Counted from the stretch's first letter, positions 27,351-40,734 are shown. The stretch is 64,000 nucleotides of DNA from Hydrolagus colliei (GCA_035084275.1 CM068743.1:95666001-95730000), one strand, 5' to 3'. Program-made: numbers and translations. Notes: generated from the letters alone by a model not told the origin.

Positions 27351-27849
27351 AAAAGAGTGTGCTGTACCTGTGACCGGAAATGATGTCACGGGGAGGAATA
27401 CCATGGGAAAATTCAAACCCTAAGATGGCAGCTCCTCCTCTACTGAGCTGGATAATGGCCGCAGGTTGACGCCGACCCGTCCTACGGGTACCGGCCGGTC
27501 CGGGCCTTTAGCTCCAATGGCCCCAAACCTCAACCTCGGCTCTGGCTACTGCCGGACCTAATCCCCAGGATCCCAGCCTCTCCTCTGACCGCTGCCAGCC
27601 CCAGTCCCCAGGACCTCGCCTCTCCTCTGACTACCGCTGGCTCCAATCCCCGGGAGACCAGCCCAATGACTCTCTGCCGCTATTTCTGGCCATCGTCCTT
27701 GAGTCCGCTCCCTGCCTCGGGGTTTAGATACTCACCTGGAAGGTTGCTGACCAAACCTTCACGCCGCTCACAACTGCACTAACTTGGCCTCTACCAAAAG
27801 AGTAGACCACATGGGGAACAAATATAGAAAACTGAATACAATAAAAGGT

Positions 27850-28800
27850 GTCATCCTGGCTCAAGTGTTAGCATTCACCTCCTGAGTCCTTGGAATCGTA
27901 ACGTCTAAGGCGACACTCCAATATAGTGCTGGGTGTGCTGCATTGTCAGAAGTGCCATTTCTCAGATGAAGCAAACCAAGTTCCTATATGCCTGTTAGGT
28001 GGATTTTAAAGTGTCCTGGCCAACAATCCCCCTAATAAAATAGGACGTTGCTGCATGCCAATTGGCTCTCAAATTTCCCCATAAAAGGCACAGTATCACG
28101 TCTCGTTACAATATCCTTTTGAGATGTCTCAATTATGTGATGAGGTGCTGTCAAACACAAGGATGGTAATGATTCTTATTATCAATAATTAACAGAAATA
28201 ATGGGAAGGAATCAAATTTTCTGGGAAAAATCTAAACATAATTACAACTCCCAACCTGATTGTCCTGTCATTTGTGGAAATGAGTAGAATAAGCATGGTC
28301 ACAACTTGCATACTGTAGCAATATTTGCAGTTTGCATTTTCGCCTCGGTGTGAAGGTTATTGGTTTTAAGCTCTATCCAGCTACAGTATAGTTTATTGGT
28401 ATCTCCTTCCTCGCGTGAAAGGCGCTCTACAACTGTAATTTTGTTGCTGTGTAAGTGTGTTTCTAGTGTAGGCTAACACCAAGGCAATGCTGTGAGAGTG
28501 CTGCAATGTAGGAAGATGCCTTTCTTCAAATGAGTTGTTGAACTGAGATTGCATCTGCCTGTTCAGGTAGACGTTAAAGATTGGATGGCATTATTTGAAA
28601 AGAGAAGGGAGTTTCTGCTGGTGTCCTAAGCAAACATCTTCCAAATAAATCTTGTCATTCACTTTATGGCTGTTTGTGAGACATTTCTGTGCTCATATTG
28701 GTTTCCACATGCACCTACAAATACAGCCACTATACTTAATTGTAACTCTGGGTGAATGCCTTGACAGGATAAGGTACAATATCAAATGCAAGGATTATAT
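27850..28800 (+). mobile_element. Two older, diverged DeuSINE-like copies
   Basis: gtgctgcattgtcagaagtgcc...cagatga and gtgtcctggccaaca Deu-like motifs; a related minus-strand copy at ~16545-16900. Confidence 0.6.
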
Positions 28801-29606
28801 GGAGGGCCCAAAATGCGGATTTGAAAGTATGTGCTACTCAGATTCACTTAGAAAGTCCTGCAACAAAATTAATCCACGAAGGAAGTAAGATGAAAGATGC
28901 ATGGGAGGGGAAATCAAACAAGAAAAGGTTTTTCACATGCATCCATCTCACCGTGCCATCATGTTGCTTCATTGTTGTCCATTAAACCTATAAGCCTGGA
29001 AACTATCCTTTACCATAATGTGAATCTAGAACTTTATCAATACTAACTTTAAAACATATCTAACCTGTGTTCTTTACAAATAGAGGGTCTAAATGGTCAT
29101 TTCTGCTGGCATTCCTTAAAAAGGAATCTGATTTGCAAATGATGATTCCTTTCAGTAACTGAGTACATCATGTCTATTTGTAGGAATAACGCTCAGATGC
29201 AATCTGCTTTTGGTGTGGAGTTTTGTCAGGTTGGTGTGACATACTTCCAGTTATGGCAAGGACATTCCAAGTCCTTTTAGGAAACTCCTTTAAAAATCTG
29301 TATTTGAAACACTATATTGTTCTATGATGTGCGGTCGGTATCATTGATAAATTTGATACCACAGTTGTTGCTTTTTCAGATGAAAAGGAGAACAAAAAAT
29401 CCATTTATTGTACATACTTTCTGCCGATTCACTTTAATCAAGACAATGAAAGCTGCATTGCAGCTTCTGCGTAAACAACTTTTCCAGCAAAACCAAGGAG
29501 CTTTTTCACTCTGCATCTGCATAATGCTGTTTCAAATTGACTGGAGATGATTACATTTTCTTTCCTCTAAATCATGGTCTAATTGCATTATATTTTCTCT
29601 TTTTAG

Positions 29607-29714
29607 GGCAGAATTTCTGTTTGGGTGTATAACAGCTATCCAGAAGGTCTGGGTGTAACGCTTTACAGAGAGCAGTTCGACTTCAACGCTGAGCCACCTT
29701 GGGACCCTAGCTGA
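29607..29714 (+). CDS. AZIN1 uCC part 2: GRISVWVYNSYPEGLGVTLYREQFDFNAEPPWDPS*
   Basis: Pyrimidine tract plus AG acceptor at 29605-29606; in frame with part 1; YREQFDFNAEPPW motif, stop TGA 29712-29714 followed by TAG. Confidence 0.92.
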   Translation, partial: GRISVWVYNSYPEGLGVTLYREQFDFNAEPPWDPS

Positions 29715-29747
29715 TAGTGGTGGTTCTCCATCTCCCAACTTGTCCAT
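29607..29747 (+). other. AZIN1: AZIN1 exon 2 (141 nt, 5' leader)
   Basis: ttttctctttttag acceptor; CAT|GTAAGA donor at 29747/29748. Confidence 0.9.
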
Positions 29748-30439
29748 GTAAGATACCTTTATTGTGAATTATTGTCTATGAATATCTAGGTTTTCTGCTC
29801 ACCACCTATTACTATTTTATTTAGCCAGAAGAAATAAATCGGTTACATAAGTCTTTTACCGAATTAGAAAGGAGATGCTAAACCTTTGATAGTTATGGAT
29901 CTATGAGCAAAGTTCCACAGTAACAATCAGGCAACATCTACTACACTGTACCTACTTGTCATGTTATTTAGCATCTCAATAAGCGCACATCTTCATGGTG
30001 ACAAAAATCAACACCAATTACTCGAAGTATTTTAAAATGGGAGGAAAACTCAATACATTCTTCAGTTGGAATTTTTGCAATTCTGGTTCAGGGTTCTGTG
30101 TCAGTTGCTTAGACCAAGCAGTGGACCTTTGTGATTTCTACAGTTAATTATTTCACTGTGCTTCAACTAAGGTAAGAGATGGGGCTCGATACTTCTTCAG
30201 TTGCCACCTGCTATAAATTATTCAATCGTGGAGGAGGATCTCCGAAGAGTAATTTTTCAAGCACTATAATGTGCTACAGTACTAAAGTAGAAAAAGGTCA
30301 CTTTTAAAAAAAAAACACAGATTTCGCCCATAAATATGCAGTCAATTCACTTTACAGTGTATTCTGTGAAACACTTTGAGGCGTCGATAAGATGTGAAAA
30401 ACAGTGTATCAAAATGCAATAATTAGATTCTATCTTATG

Positions 30440-31025
30440 CTATTATAAATAGGGGCATAGAGTACAAAAGTCAGGAAGTTATGATTAACCTGTATAAGAA
30501 GTTGGTTAGGACTCAGTTAAGAGTACTGTCTTCAGTTCTGGGCACCACACTTTAGGAAAGATGTTAAGGCATTGGAAAGGGTGCAGAGGAGATTTACCAG
30601 GAATGAGAGACTTCAGAAATGAGGAAAACTAGAGAAATTAGGATTATTCACATTGGAGCAGGGAAGGTTACGAGGAGATCTAATAGAGGTTTTCAAAATC
30701 ATGAGGGGATTCAATAGGGTAAACAGGAAAAAACTTTCCACTGGTGGGTATGTCAGTGACTCGGGCACAAATTTAAAATAGTTTCTGAAAGAAGCAGAGG
30801 GGTGGTGAGGAGAAATTTGTTTGCGCAAACTGTGGTTCGATTCTGGAATACATTGCCTGAAAGGTTTTGTGGAGGCCGATTCGAAAACAACTTTTAAAAG
30901 AGAGGTGGGTGGTTATTTGGGGAGGATGGGTTTGTGGGGTTATGGGGAGAGAGCTGGGGATTGGGATTGATTGAATAGCTCTTTTCAAAAAGCCAGCACA
31001 GACTGTAAAATTCTATGATTCCATG
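30440..31025 (+). mobile_element. CR1-type LINE 3' fragment
   Basis: Highly similar to 3440-4050. Confidence 0.85.
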
Positions 31026-31267
31026 ACAGCAGACAGAAATATTAATGGGTTTAATTATTTTCTGGAAGATTATTAAGACACCTGTATGCCAGTCTCTTTA
31101 GGACGATATAATGCATGTTGTTACATTTTACAAGAATCCACTGCAATTCAGTATTTAAAACTCTTTTTCTGCAGTTTGTTGCATATTTTAAAACCCCGAT
31201 ATTGAAGGATCTGTGGCAACCTTCATTTGGTGCTTGGTTTGAGTGTTGGCCTTGTGGAGCACTGGAG

Positions 31268-31375
31268 ATGAAGGGATTCGTTGGACTAGAAGAAAGCTAC
31301 CCCTTTGACCTTCTGGATGAAGGAACCAATCTTAGCAATGTTATTGACAACCATATTCATGAGCATACACTTTTG
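31268..31375 (+). CDS. AZIN1: AZIN1 coding exon 1 (exon 3 starts 31175): [36 protein letters not shown]
   Basis: Matches AZIN1 N-terminus MKGF...[12 protein letters not shown]; acceptor tttctgcag at 31174; donor GTAAGT. Confidence 0.95.
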
Positions 31376-32819
31376 GTAAGTGTTTTATTGGTTAATAATT
31401 CTTCTGGATATACACTAGTATAGTATGTACCATATTCCCACTGTGAGACACCTGATTGGTAAACAAATTTCATTGGCAGTTGAATTCTGTTTGCCCCTCA
31501 AAATTATTATCAATATGTATTTTATTATGTTCAGTGAATCAGTTACAGTTATAGTTAGTCAGTTATGGTCAATCAGTCATTCAGTTAGTTATAGTTAGTG
31601 AGTCTCAGTAGGCCAGGGCGATACCGTGGCAAATTTTCCTTACTCCACACTCCTGTTAATAATCCCTCAAAATAAACAATGATAATTTGGTCATTTCAAT
31701 CCACGACTGTTTGTGGGACACCGCTGTGCGCAATTGGCTGCCGCGTTTCGCCCACAAATATCCAGTCAATTCACTTTACAATATATTCTGTGAAGCGCTT
31801 TGAGACGTTGATAAGATATGAAAAGCGCTTTAACAAATGCAAGGAGTATTAGTATTTAATTACACAATACTTGCTATGTGATGCCTAAGAGGCCTTAAAA
31901 ATGATATTGAACAACAAAAAGATAATTCGTACAGGAAATTTGCAGAAACCCATCTTTAAAATTAAGGCTGTATTTAAGAAATTACCAAATTCTGAAAACT
32001 CTAAAATACTCCATAATTGAATACATGTAGACCCACGTCTTCTATTATTAGAGGGGTTTTTTACAAAAATTAAAATCTTGCTGACAATGTAATATGTTAC
32101 CAGGTTTAAATTAAACTGACATTTGCTTTTGTTTTAAATGGTGGCATCTTTTAACCCATAAGTATTCAATAAACAATAATTGTTTTAAAAAAACTGATCT
32201 CATGCTCTCAAACTTGCTCTCAAATGTTACTGCTTGAGAGATAATTTAATGCTAATCTAAACGAAGTGTGGGAAGGGGGCATGAATATAAGATGGCCAAT
32301 AGCAGTTACAAAAAGGAGTTTGGGAGAGACTTTTTAGCCAGAAGTTGGTGAGAATGTGGAACTCTGCTGGAAATTGGTTGAAGGAAAAAGCAGTTATAAG
32401 GAAACAGAATACATATATGGAAGAGAGGATTAGTAGGGGTGGAAGCTTATGTGGAGTATAAACACCAGCACAAACTGCAGGCCAAATGGCTTGTTTCTGT
32501 GCTATATCATTCTATATAATACCAAGAGTCCAGACTAATAATATGCTGTGGGTCATTTGTGGCCCACGTCACCCTCACCTGTCCCTCAGGAGACCTGCTA
32601 TTTTAGTGTTCCTGAGACTCCATTCACAGCTTACCAGGAGAGGTGGAGGTGAAAGATGGGACAGAAATCTAAGAAAAAAGTTAGTATTACACCATTCAGT
32701 ATCTGAGCAGGAGTTCCATATTTATTTCCAGGTATGCAGATCTTAAACCTACTTTATGCATACTTGGAACTGGATCTTTTAATTACCTTTCAATATTATA
32801 GAGGCTGGAGCCAGCCAAA

Positions 32820-34500
32820 GGGAGGTGGCAGGTCATGGAGTGGGGAGAAACAAATTCAGAGAGGTAGTGAGGTGCAAGAAAATGAAAAAAATTATAGAGG
32901 AGTGTGAGGATCTTCACGTTGATCCATTCTGTGATCTGGAGCCTGGAGAGGACTGATGTCTAACAAAGTTCAAAATGGACGAGTGTACAGATGGTGGAGT
33001 TTTGAGTTAGATAGTTAGAACTAGGGAGATCAGTGAGGAAGACATTGGAATAATCAAGGCAGGAGGTGAGAAAATCATGATCGAAGGTTTCTGCTGAATT
33101 GGGTGTGAGGTAAGGTCGGGGGTCGACAATGTGATGGCAATAGAGGAAAGTAGTCGATGAGGTATTGGATGTGGGGTAGGAAACACGACTGGGGATCGAA
33201 CTTGGCACCTCGGTTATGCACAGGTTTGGTAAGTCTTAAGGATAGGCCAAGGAGATTGAAGAGGTTAGAGCTGCAGGAGGGAAGACATTAATGGGAGTCT
33301 TCCATCTTGTCAACATTCCACTGCAGGAAGTATGTTCTCATCCAGGCCTTGATGTCTGACAAGCAAGCTGACAGGACATCAGTGGATCTGGAGTCACAAC
33401 TGGTTGAGGAGAAGTAGATTTGAGTGTCATCCGCATGCATGTGGAAGTTGACCCAGTGTCTGCGAATGCCATAGCCAAGAGGGAGCATGTAAATAAGGAA
33501 AAGAAGGGGGCCAAGGATGGAGCCTTGCGGTACGCTGGAGGTGACCGGGTGCAGTGCGGCAGGAAGGAAAAACATTTGCGGAGATGAAGTGATGTCGGTT
33601 GGTTAAGTAGGACTTGAACCAGGCGAGTGAGGCCCCACTGAGATGGATGAGGGAGGAGAGGTGGAGGAGGAGGATGGAGTGATCGACTGTCAAACGGAGC
33701 GGAGAGGTCCAGGAGCAGAAGGAGGCTAAGGGAGCCCTGGTCAAAGGTGCAAACCGCACTAGTGGAGCTCGAATAGGAAAGGGAGTGGAGGGAGAAGTGT
33801 GAGCAACACTTGATTTGCAACAGTGTGTTTCAGCAAGGAACGGCAAATGCAAAATGGGCTAGTACTTGGTGAAGTTGGAGGGATCGACTCTGGGTTTTTT
33901 GAGCTGGGAAAGTGATAACAGCGGTTTTGAGGGGGCATGTGAACAGAAAGCAGCTTTGGCCTGTGAGTAGGGGAGGCAGTAGATACAAAGATGCCTGGCC
34001 ATATATGCAGTGAATAATAGGCCGGTTTTGTGCCATCTAAGCGCATGCATCCGGGTTTGAGAATTAAGATTTAAGCTATTATATCAAGGGTAGTGAGTGG
34101 GTTTGGGTGATTGTTATACCAGGGAAAGTGGGTGGGTTAGGAGACCATCCTAGATCCCGGAAGGTGGGGCAAGAGAAGTGAAGAGTGACAATCATTTTAG
34201 ACTGTCTTCATAGCTGCAGTTGGAGGCCCGTAGGGAGTGGGTTGGGGAATTTATGTGGAGGGTAAGGTTTAGGGAGAAGGGGAGGACAGTGAAATCAGAA
34301 TAGATGGGGGTAAGCGGTAATAAGGTGAATGTTGAAATTGCCCGTTATGAACAGGGGTTCAGCACAGAAGCAAAGGGAAGAGAGGAGATGTTGAGGAAGG
34401 AATAGGTGGTTGGTGTGGGTGATTGGTAGACTAAGGAATTTGAAGAAGAAGGGTGAGGTACTGATCAGATGGGAAGTTGTCAGAGGATTGAGCAAGAGAG
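32820..34500 (-). mobile_element. L2-type LINE fragment
   Basis: LLLLDLSAPFD, VPQGSILGPLLFLIYMLPLG, HADDTQIY, ITGNFNIH. Confidence 0.9.
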
Positions 34501-35743
34501 GTAATGGGAAATAAAGCTATGTTTGGGAAATCTGCATTGCAGCAATTTCCTCTATGGAGCTGGAAACTTCCTGTTGAACCCATTTAGCAATACGATTACC
34601 AGACAATGGTAATTGAAGCTAGGCTAGGGTGTAATGAAATAAATAAGTGTTATAATAATCGTTGCATTTGGCATTAACGCCTTTCATATCAGGACATTTC
34701 AAAGCGCTTTGTAGGCTACAGTGAAACTCACTTAAGTCGTATAGTTGGGACTATAACATTTAATAAGAATTTAAGTTGCAGGCAAACTGTATCCTCCTGA
34801 CATGAACGGCGCTACAAAAGTGATTGTTTAGTATAAAATCCGATTCAATACATAATCAAGACTATGCATAAGAGATTCAATGCAGCCAGTAAATGCATGC
34901 AGCAACAGGTGAACATTATTTCCTGCGATTCAATGCATCTTCACACGTCACTGTATTGCAGTTTACTGGAAAACTTTGGAATTGCATTGGGTTGTGGGAA
35001 ATTAAGTTCTGGGCATGTGGAGATGGAACAATTTTTCTGTTATTGTGGAGTCCTGCAGGTTAAAGCACTTGCCTTACAAGTGGGACACCTGGGTTCAATT
35101 CCAGGCATAGCAAAACCTTGGGCAAGTTTCCTTACTCCACATGCCTAATAGTAATCCCTCCCAAAAAAACAATAATAAATTAGTCATTTCAATCCACAAC
35201 TGTTTGTGGGACACTGCTGTGCGCAATTGGCTGCTGTGTTTTGCCCACATATATACAGTCAGTTCACTTTACAGTATATCGTGTGAAGCGATTTGAGACG
35301 TCTAGAAGATATGAAAAACTTATCAAATGCAAGGATTATTATTATTCAATGCAGATGATAAGTATGGGAGTAATGGAGAGTAGGAGAGCTGTGTTACATG
35401 TTAGAAGGTGCGAATATGACTAGTGCAAATAAATCTAATTCGTTTTGGAAGGAAACTGAATGGGACTTGGGTGAATGTACGACTTAAGTGACTATAAGAT
35501 GAATAAATATAAGACTTCTGCAAGTTTTATTGTAAATTCCAGTAGTGTGCTGTGATTTGCACACAAATAGCCATGGAGTACGTGACAACTTGGGGGAATT
35601 GTTGGTCAGGGCACTGGGATAGATAAACTCTTTTTAAAAAAAAAACCTTGTCTGTTGGTTTGTTTGCTTTATATTTCAAACAAATATAACTTTTCCTCTT
35701 CTCTGCCTTTTCTCTTTGCTCCCCACCCCTCCCCCCACAGCAG

Positions 35744-35917
35744 TCTGAAAGAAATGCCTTCTTTGTTGCTGATCTTGGCAGTGTTGTGAAGCAGAACATT
35801 CGGTGGCAGAATGTGATGACACAAGTTAAACCATTCTATACTGTTAAGTGCAACACTAGTCGAGCTGTAATTGAAGTCCTTGCAGCACTTGGAACTGGCT
35901 TTGCTTGTGGAAACAAG
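35744..35917 (+). CDS. AZIN1: AZIN1 coding exon 2 (NAGNAG acceptor, alternative start 35741)
   Basis: [12 protein letters not shown]...KPFYTVKCN...[13 protein letters not shown]; YTVKCN and GFAC are AZIN1-type (ODC has YAVKCN, GFDC); donor GTGAGA. Confidence 0.95.
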
Positions 35918-36235
35918 GTGAGAATTGCTTTAGTTAATGGAACTTTGATATAATCTAGTGAATGGGATAACAAAGCATGATAGCTGGTGTGAAGCACATA
36001 TGTGCATATGAGTACATAAATTCCTCTTTTTGGCATGCACAGAAAAAGGAGGAAGTGACTGGCACCAACCTGATAACTCAGTTGCTATTTCAGCATGAAC
36101 GTTAGTTGCCACATGGGGCCGTGTGGGCCAACTGTGTACATGTGCAGTGAATGTGGTCCACACTACACCTATGATTTGCTTATAAAGTAAGGTACTATAC
36201 GAATATAATTTTGTTGTATTTTGTCATTGTGGTTA

Positions 36236-36750
36236 ACAACAACAAAATTACATTTGTGTAGCGTCTTTCACGTCAGGAGGGTGTCCCGAGGCGCTGGACA
36301 GTTATTGTTTCGGACCCATGGTGGTGGTGGTGGGGGGAGCAGTTGCCGATGGATCCATCGAAGAGGAAAGTCTTGAGGCGAGGCGGAGGGACTTCGGGAT
36401 GGAGTTCCAGAGGTTGGGGGCAGAGTGGCTGAAGGCTCGCCTGCCAATAGTTGGGCGGGTGGGTCAGGGGACGTGGAGCAGGCCAGAGTCTGCTTAACGG
36501 AGGGGGCGAGTAGGTTGGTAAGGGGATAGGAGGTCACGGATGTAGGGTGGGAGTCAGGAAATGTTGCGGAGGTGGGGGAAGGCAGAGCGAGTCATTGCTT
36601 GGATGTGAGGGGGGAAAGACAGTTGAGGGTCGAACAAGATACCTCGGTTACTGACTGGCTTGGTGAAGTTGAATATGCAATCATGGAGGTTGATGCAGTC
36701 ATCGCCTGATGCAAGAAGGCGCTGATGCGAGCCAATCAGTAGGGCCTTGG
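36236..36750 (-). mobile_element. L2-type LINE 3' fragment
   Basis: Shares the cctgacgtgaaaggcgctatacaaat...(ttg)n 3' end with many copies (e.g. ~860-1050, 6065-6440, 19930-20325, 41760-42270, 48265-48575, 52350-52670, 57400-57720). Confidence 0.8.
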
Positions 36751-37212
36751 GAATCAGTCATCAGACCTCATTTTCTCATACATATTATTGATCTCCAGGA
36801 TGCTATCCTGTGCGGTTAATGGTTAAGGGCGCTGTGAGACGTTGTTGATCTGGATGCAGGAAATATTATCCCAAGTTTATGTGTAATGGTAAATTAGGAG
36901 CACTTGTTAATAGTGACAAAGAGGGCAGGAAGGTACAAGCAGAATTGGACAGATTAGTGGGGTGGAAAATGTAGAAATATCTGAAGTGATGAGTTTTCGG
37001 AGAAAAAATAAAGAACAGAATTGTACGCTTAGTAGTGGAACTCTTAATGAAGTGAAATAATAATAATCGTTAATATTATTTAGAACATTGGGATTCTGGT
37101 GGTGGAAATGCATAGCTTGGTATAAGTTGTCCTAACCCTAAGGATGCTAGTAGCATGTGCAGAGTTTGAAATAAGATGCTTTCTGACCTATTTGTCTCTT
37201 ACGTTTCCATAG

Positions 37213-37385
37213 AATGAAATCGCTGTTGTGCAAAGCTTGGGTGTAGCTTCTGAAAATATTATCTACGCAAACCCATGCAAGCAAGTTTCCCAAATAAAGT
37301 ATGCTGCAAAAAAAGGAGTAAACATCATGAGTTGCGACAATGACGTTGAACTTCTGAAGATTGCACGCAATCATCCAAGCGCCAA
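37213..37385 (+). CDS. AZIN1: AZIN1 coding exon 3
   Basis: [34 protein letters not shown]...KIARNHPSA; AG/GT boundaries, phase consistent. Confidence 0.96.
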
Positions 37386-40300
37386 GTAAGTGTGTAATAC
37401 AACAAGCAGGGTAGATTGCTTCATCGTTAAACATGCGGCTGCAGTCTACTGTCACATTGTTAATGTAAAAGCTGAAATCTTAGATTGTTACCAAAATTGG
37501 CTAGCATTCGTTTTTAAAATTGATTAGTTAAGTTAACATTAAAGTTAACTTTAATGTTAACATTAAAGTTAACATTTAACATTGATTTCCCCTGAAAGTT
37601 GCATGCATGGACTACCTATCATCCTCAACAAGCAATATCACTTAAGGCTTTTCAGGGGAAAAACAGCTGTTGTTAAGAACCTTTGCATTAGGGTACATTT
37701 GTACCAAATTTGTGAATGTTTTAGCTCTCAGTAGGGCAACACTGAAATTATTTGATTACATTGTACAGTTGTTTGGATAGTTTTTTGGATAAAATCTTTT
37801 ATTCCTTTTTGTCAAATATGAATGTCATTTAAAAGGCAGCTTCACCCAAGTAATTTTATAGAAAGGAACCAAGTGAAGGATGCAGCTGCCATGTTCAGGC
37901 AGTTATATTAAGTCCAGAAACAGAAGTGGAGTCTTGGAGTCAAGTGTTAGTTCCAACTCTAAACCTTAAGAACTCCCCTTTCTCTCATTCCTCCCACCTT
38001 TTTATACCTCCAATGTCCCATGTGTCTTTTTTTACTAGTTTGTTCCACTTTAATTATTTGAAAACGAAAAACTCGTTAACTCGCAGAATTTAACACAAGA
38101 ACCACAAAAAAAAGCACTTAACCAACCTATTACCCCTTAAGAAAGGCCAAATGGATTGATATCTTAACAAATGTAACAGACCATCTAGTTCCAAAGACCT
38201 GGGACACTCTCACCACATGAACCCCTTACTACCTCACATTAGTTCATTGTTGCAGAGAGATGGCAAAAGTTTTTAGCTGCTCTTGAGTCTCTTAGCACAG
38301 TGATTACAAAGCTCACTCACTCAGTCCAGTTTCTAATGCTAATTATGAGTGTTTGTTCTCTACAATTGTGATTTGGCATTTTATTTTGGCTGCTTCTCTG
38401 ATTGGATAGGCAGCATTGGTAACAGTTGGTCAACTGTAATGTTACGATAAACATAGGAATTGTTATTAAGGTTTTGATTTGGGCTGGAAGCTTACAATTC
38501 TGTAGCCCTAGTCTTCCCTGTGGGGGTTGCACTTTTTTCTTTTTTCTCCATCTGTTGAAGTGCAGGCCTTATGGAAAATTTGGGACAAGGTAGAATTTTA
38601 ACTGTCGCCTTAGTACCTACACACATTTGTTAGCACAATCTGTGTTTTTCCTCCAATGGCTTTGACCAGCTTCACAAGCCTCAGCTACAATACTTACCTC
38701 TGAGCCAGTTTTCTGTTCATCCCTATGTCAGAATTTTGCATTTGCAGTTTAGGCTGATACTTGCATTACAATGCTGGAGGAGCTTTGTTTTGCAAGAGGT
38801 GTTTTTCATACAAACTGTTCTTCGCATGAGTCTAAGGCAAGGTCCCAATGTTAGAGTCTTGGTCACAATTCAGAAAGTGAAAACAGTTTCTCCCAGTATC
38901 CTTGCCAATAATCCTCCAGATAACAATTGGTTATTCAGTTCATAGCTGTTTGTGGAATATTGCTCTGCATAAATTGGCAGAGGCATTTGCTCACATATCC
39001 AGAATTGCTAGACTTTACAGAAATGGCTATTTATGGAATTTATAGAAATTCCCTGTGAAACATTTTACATTAAGTGTTTTTTAATCATGCAACAAATTAT
39101 GCATTTTAATTGTTAGACCTCTTTGTGAGTTTTGAACATTAGAATGCTGAAAATGCACATCAGCTGTCTGGGCAGACAGCATTTTTCAAAACATTACACT
39201 TTTTATGCTCTTCATAAATTCTTATAAATAAACAAAAACAACTGTTTAACAGTTTGAACTGAGTAGCAGTGTGGCTGATTATCTCTTTTAATTTCGCTGA
39301 AGCTTCACAATAGTGAATTGTACTAATTGTGTTGGTAGCAGCAAAAAGCTCCAATCTGTAGGCTGTGTAGTCTATTTTGTGAGTAGAATTGCAGGCCAAA
39401 CAGGCTGATCTTTGTTTTCAGTGTTGTAATGAAAATGGGATATTTAGATCAAAATAATCCCAAGTGTTTATGAATCTATTTTTATTTATTTAGAATTGTT
39501 TGAACTTTATATTAAAAAGAATGGGAGTTGCTACCCAGGACATCCTTGTACATAGCATATTATTGTACCACCCAAATCTTAATCAGATTTAATCAGGGAC
39601 CAGCATCCCTGGGGATATTTTATAAAAGGATTGGTGACTACCCATGGTATGCAGAGTGGTTCTTCATTTAAAGGGGAGGGCTTTTTTAGGATAAAGTGAT
39701 TTCCTTTTTTTTTCCTAAACCTAGAACTCATTCCTTTTCACTTTCACTGTTTTTGTTTTTTAAAGTTTTAATTTACCTTTTTGTTGTAACTTCTTCCTTG
39801 AGATACAGTGCAGTTTAAAATGACCATTGTATGTTTGTGGTCAAATCTGGAAAATGTGTCTAGATGCGTTTTGCAATAATGTGGGTCAAAATACAATTCT
39901 CTGGAACTTGGTTTGGTTTTATTTCAACTGGCGTTTCATTTTGTTTTATTTACATTGAGCACTCTGTGACAAATTGAATCTAAAACCTCTACCCAAATTG
40001 CAATTAATCACTTTGCTGCTTATAAAATAGACAAGTAATTTTACCCTCTGTACTTAATTTAAACATATCTAAGTGTAGTATTGAATTGCAACTGAGCATA
40101 TTTTCTCTGTTACCTTGAAAACCTGGTGTATGATGTAATAATGTAAAGTAATTTATAGTCCTGCATAAAACATAATCTTGAATGGGAAGTGATTTGTCAG
40201 TTTGTGCTTAGAAGATGCTTTATTAATAATAAATGCAAAAAACACAGAATTATACTTTACTGTGATATATTTTCTAGAAATATACGAAGCAATGGTTTTA

Positions 40301-40734
40301 TTATATCAAAAAAATTAAGTAACATAATTGAAAGCTAAAATGTGTTTTTGTAGCTTGAAATGTCTTAGATTTTTGTGTTAATTGTTGAATAGAAATTATT
40401 TAAATATGCCACAAACTCATTTTAAATATTAGTTCTTTTGTTACAGCACCCAGCCAATTCTTTAATGAAACAACTGAGTCTTGGCTTGCTGCATTGTTCC
40501 CCCCCCCCCCCCCCCCCACTTCCCCCCCCACCCTCCCCACCCCCATGTCCTTTACAATGTATGTAGCTACACATCTAGGCCCTAATCACCAGTTTTCTCT
40601 CCTGTGCAGGATTTGTTTTTTGTTTAGGTTCACATTCAGAGCTTGGAAGCAGGAGATCCTGGCAACGTATTCTTCAGGCTACACATATGATGATGTAAAC
40701 CAACTGTGCCCCAATCATCTTCCCCTTCTCTTAG

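Noticed and set aside
29746-29751. ATG-TAA minimal uORF
   Set aside because: Straddles the exon 2 donor and is destroyed by splicing (CAT|TTT)
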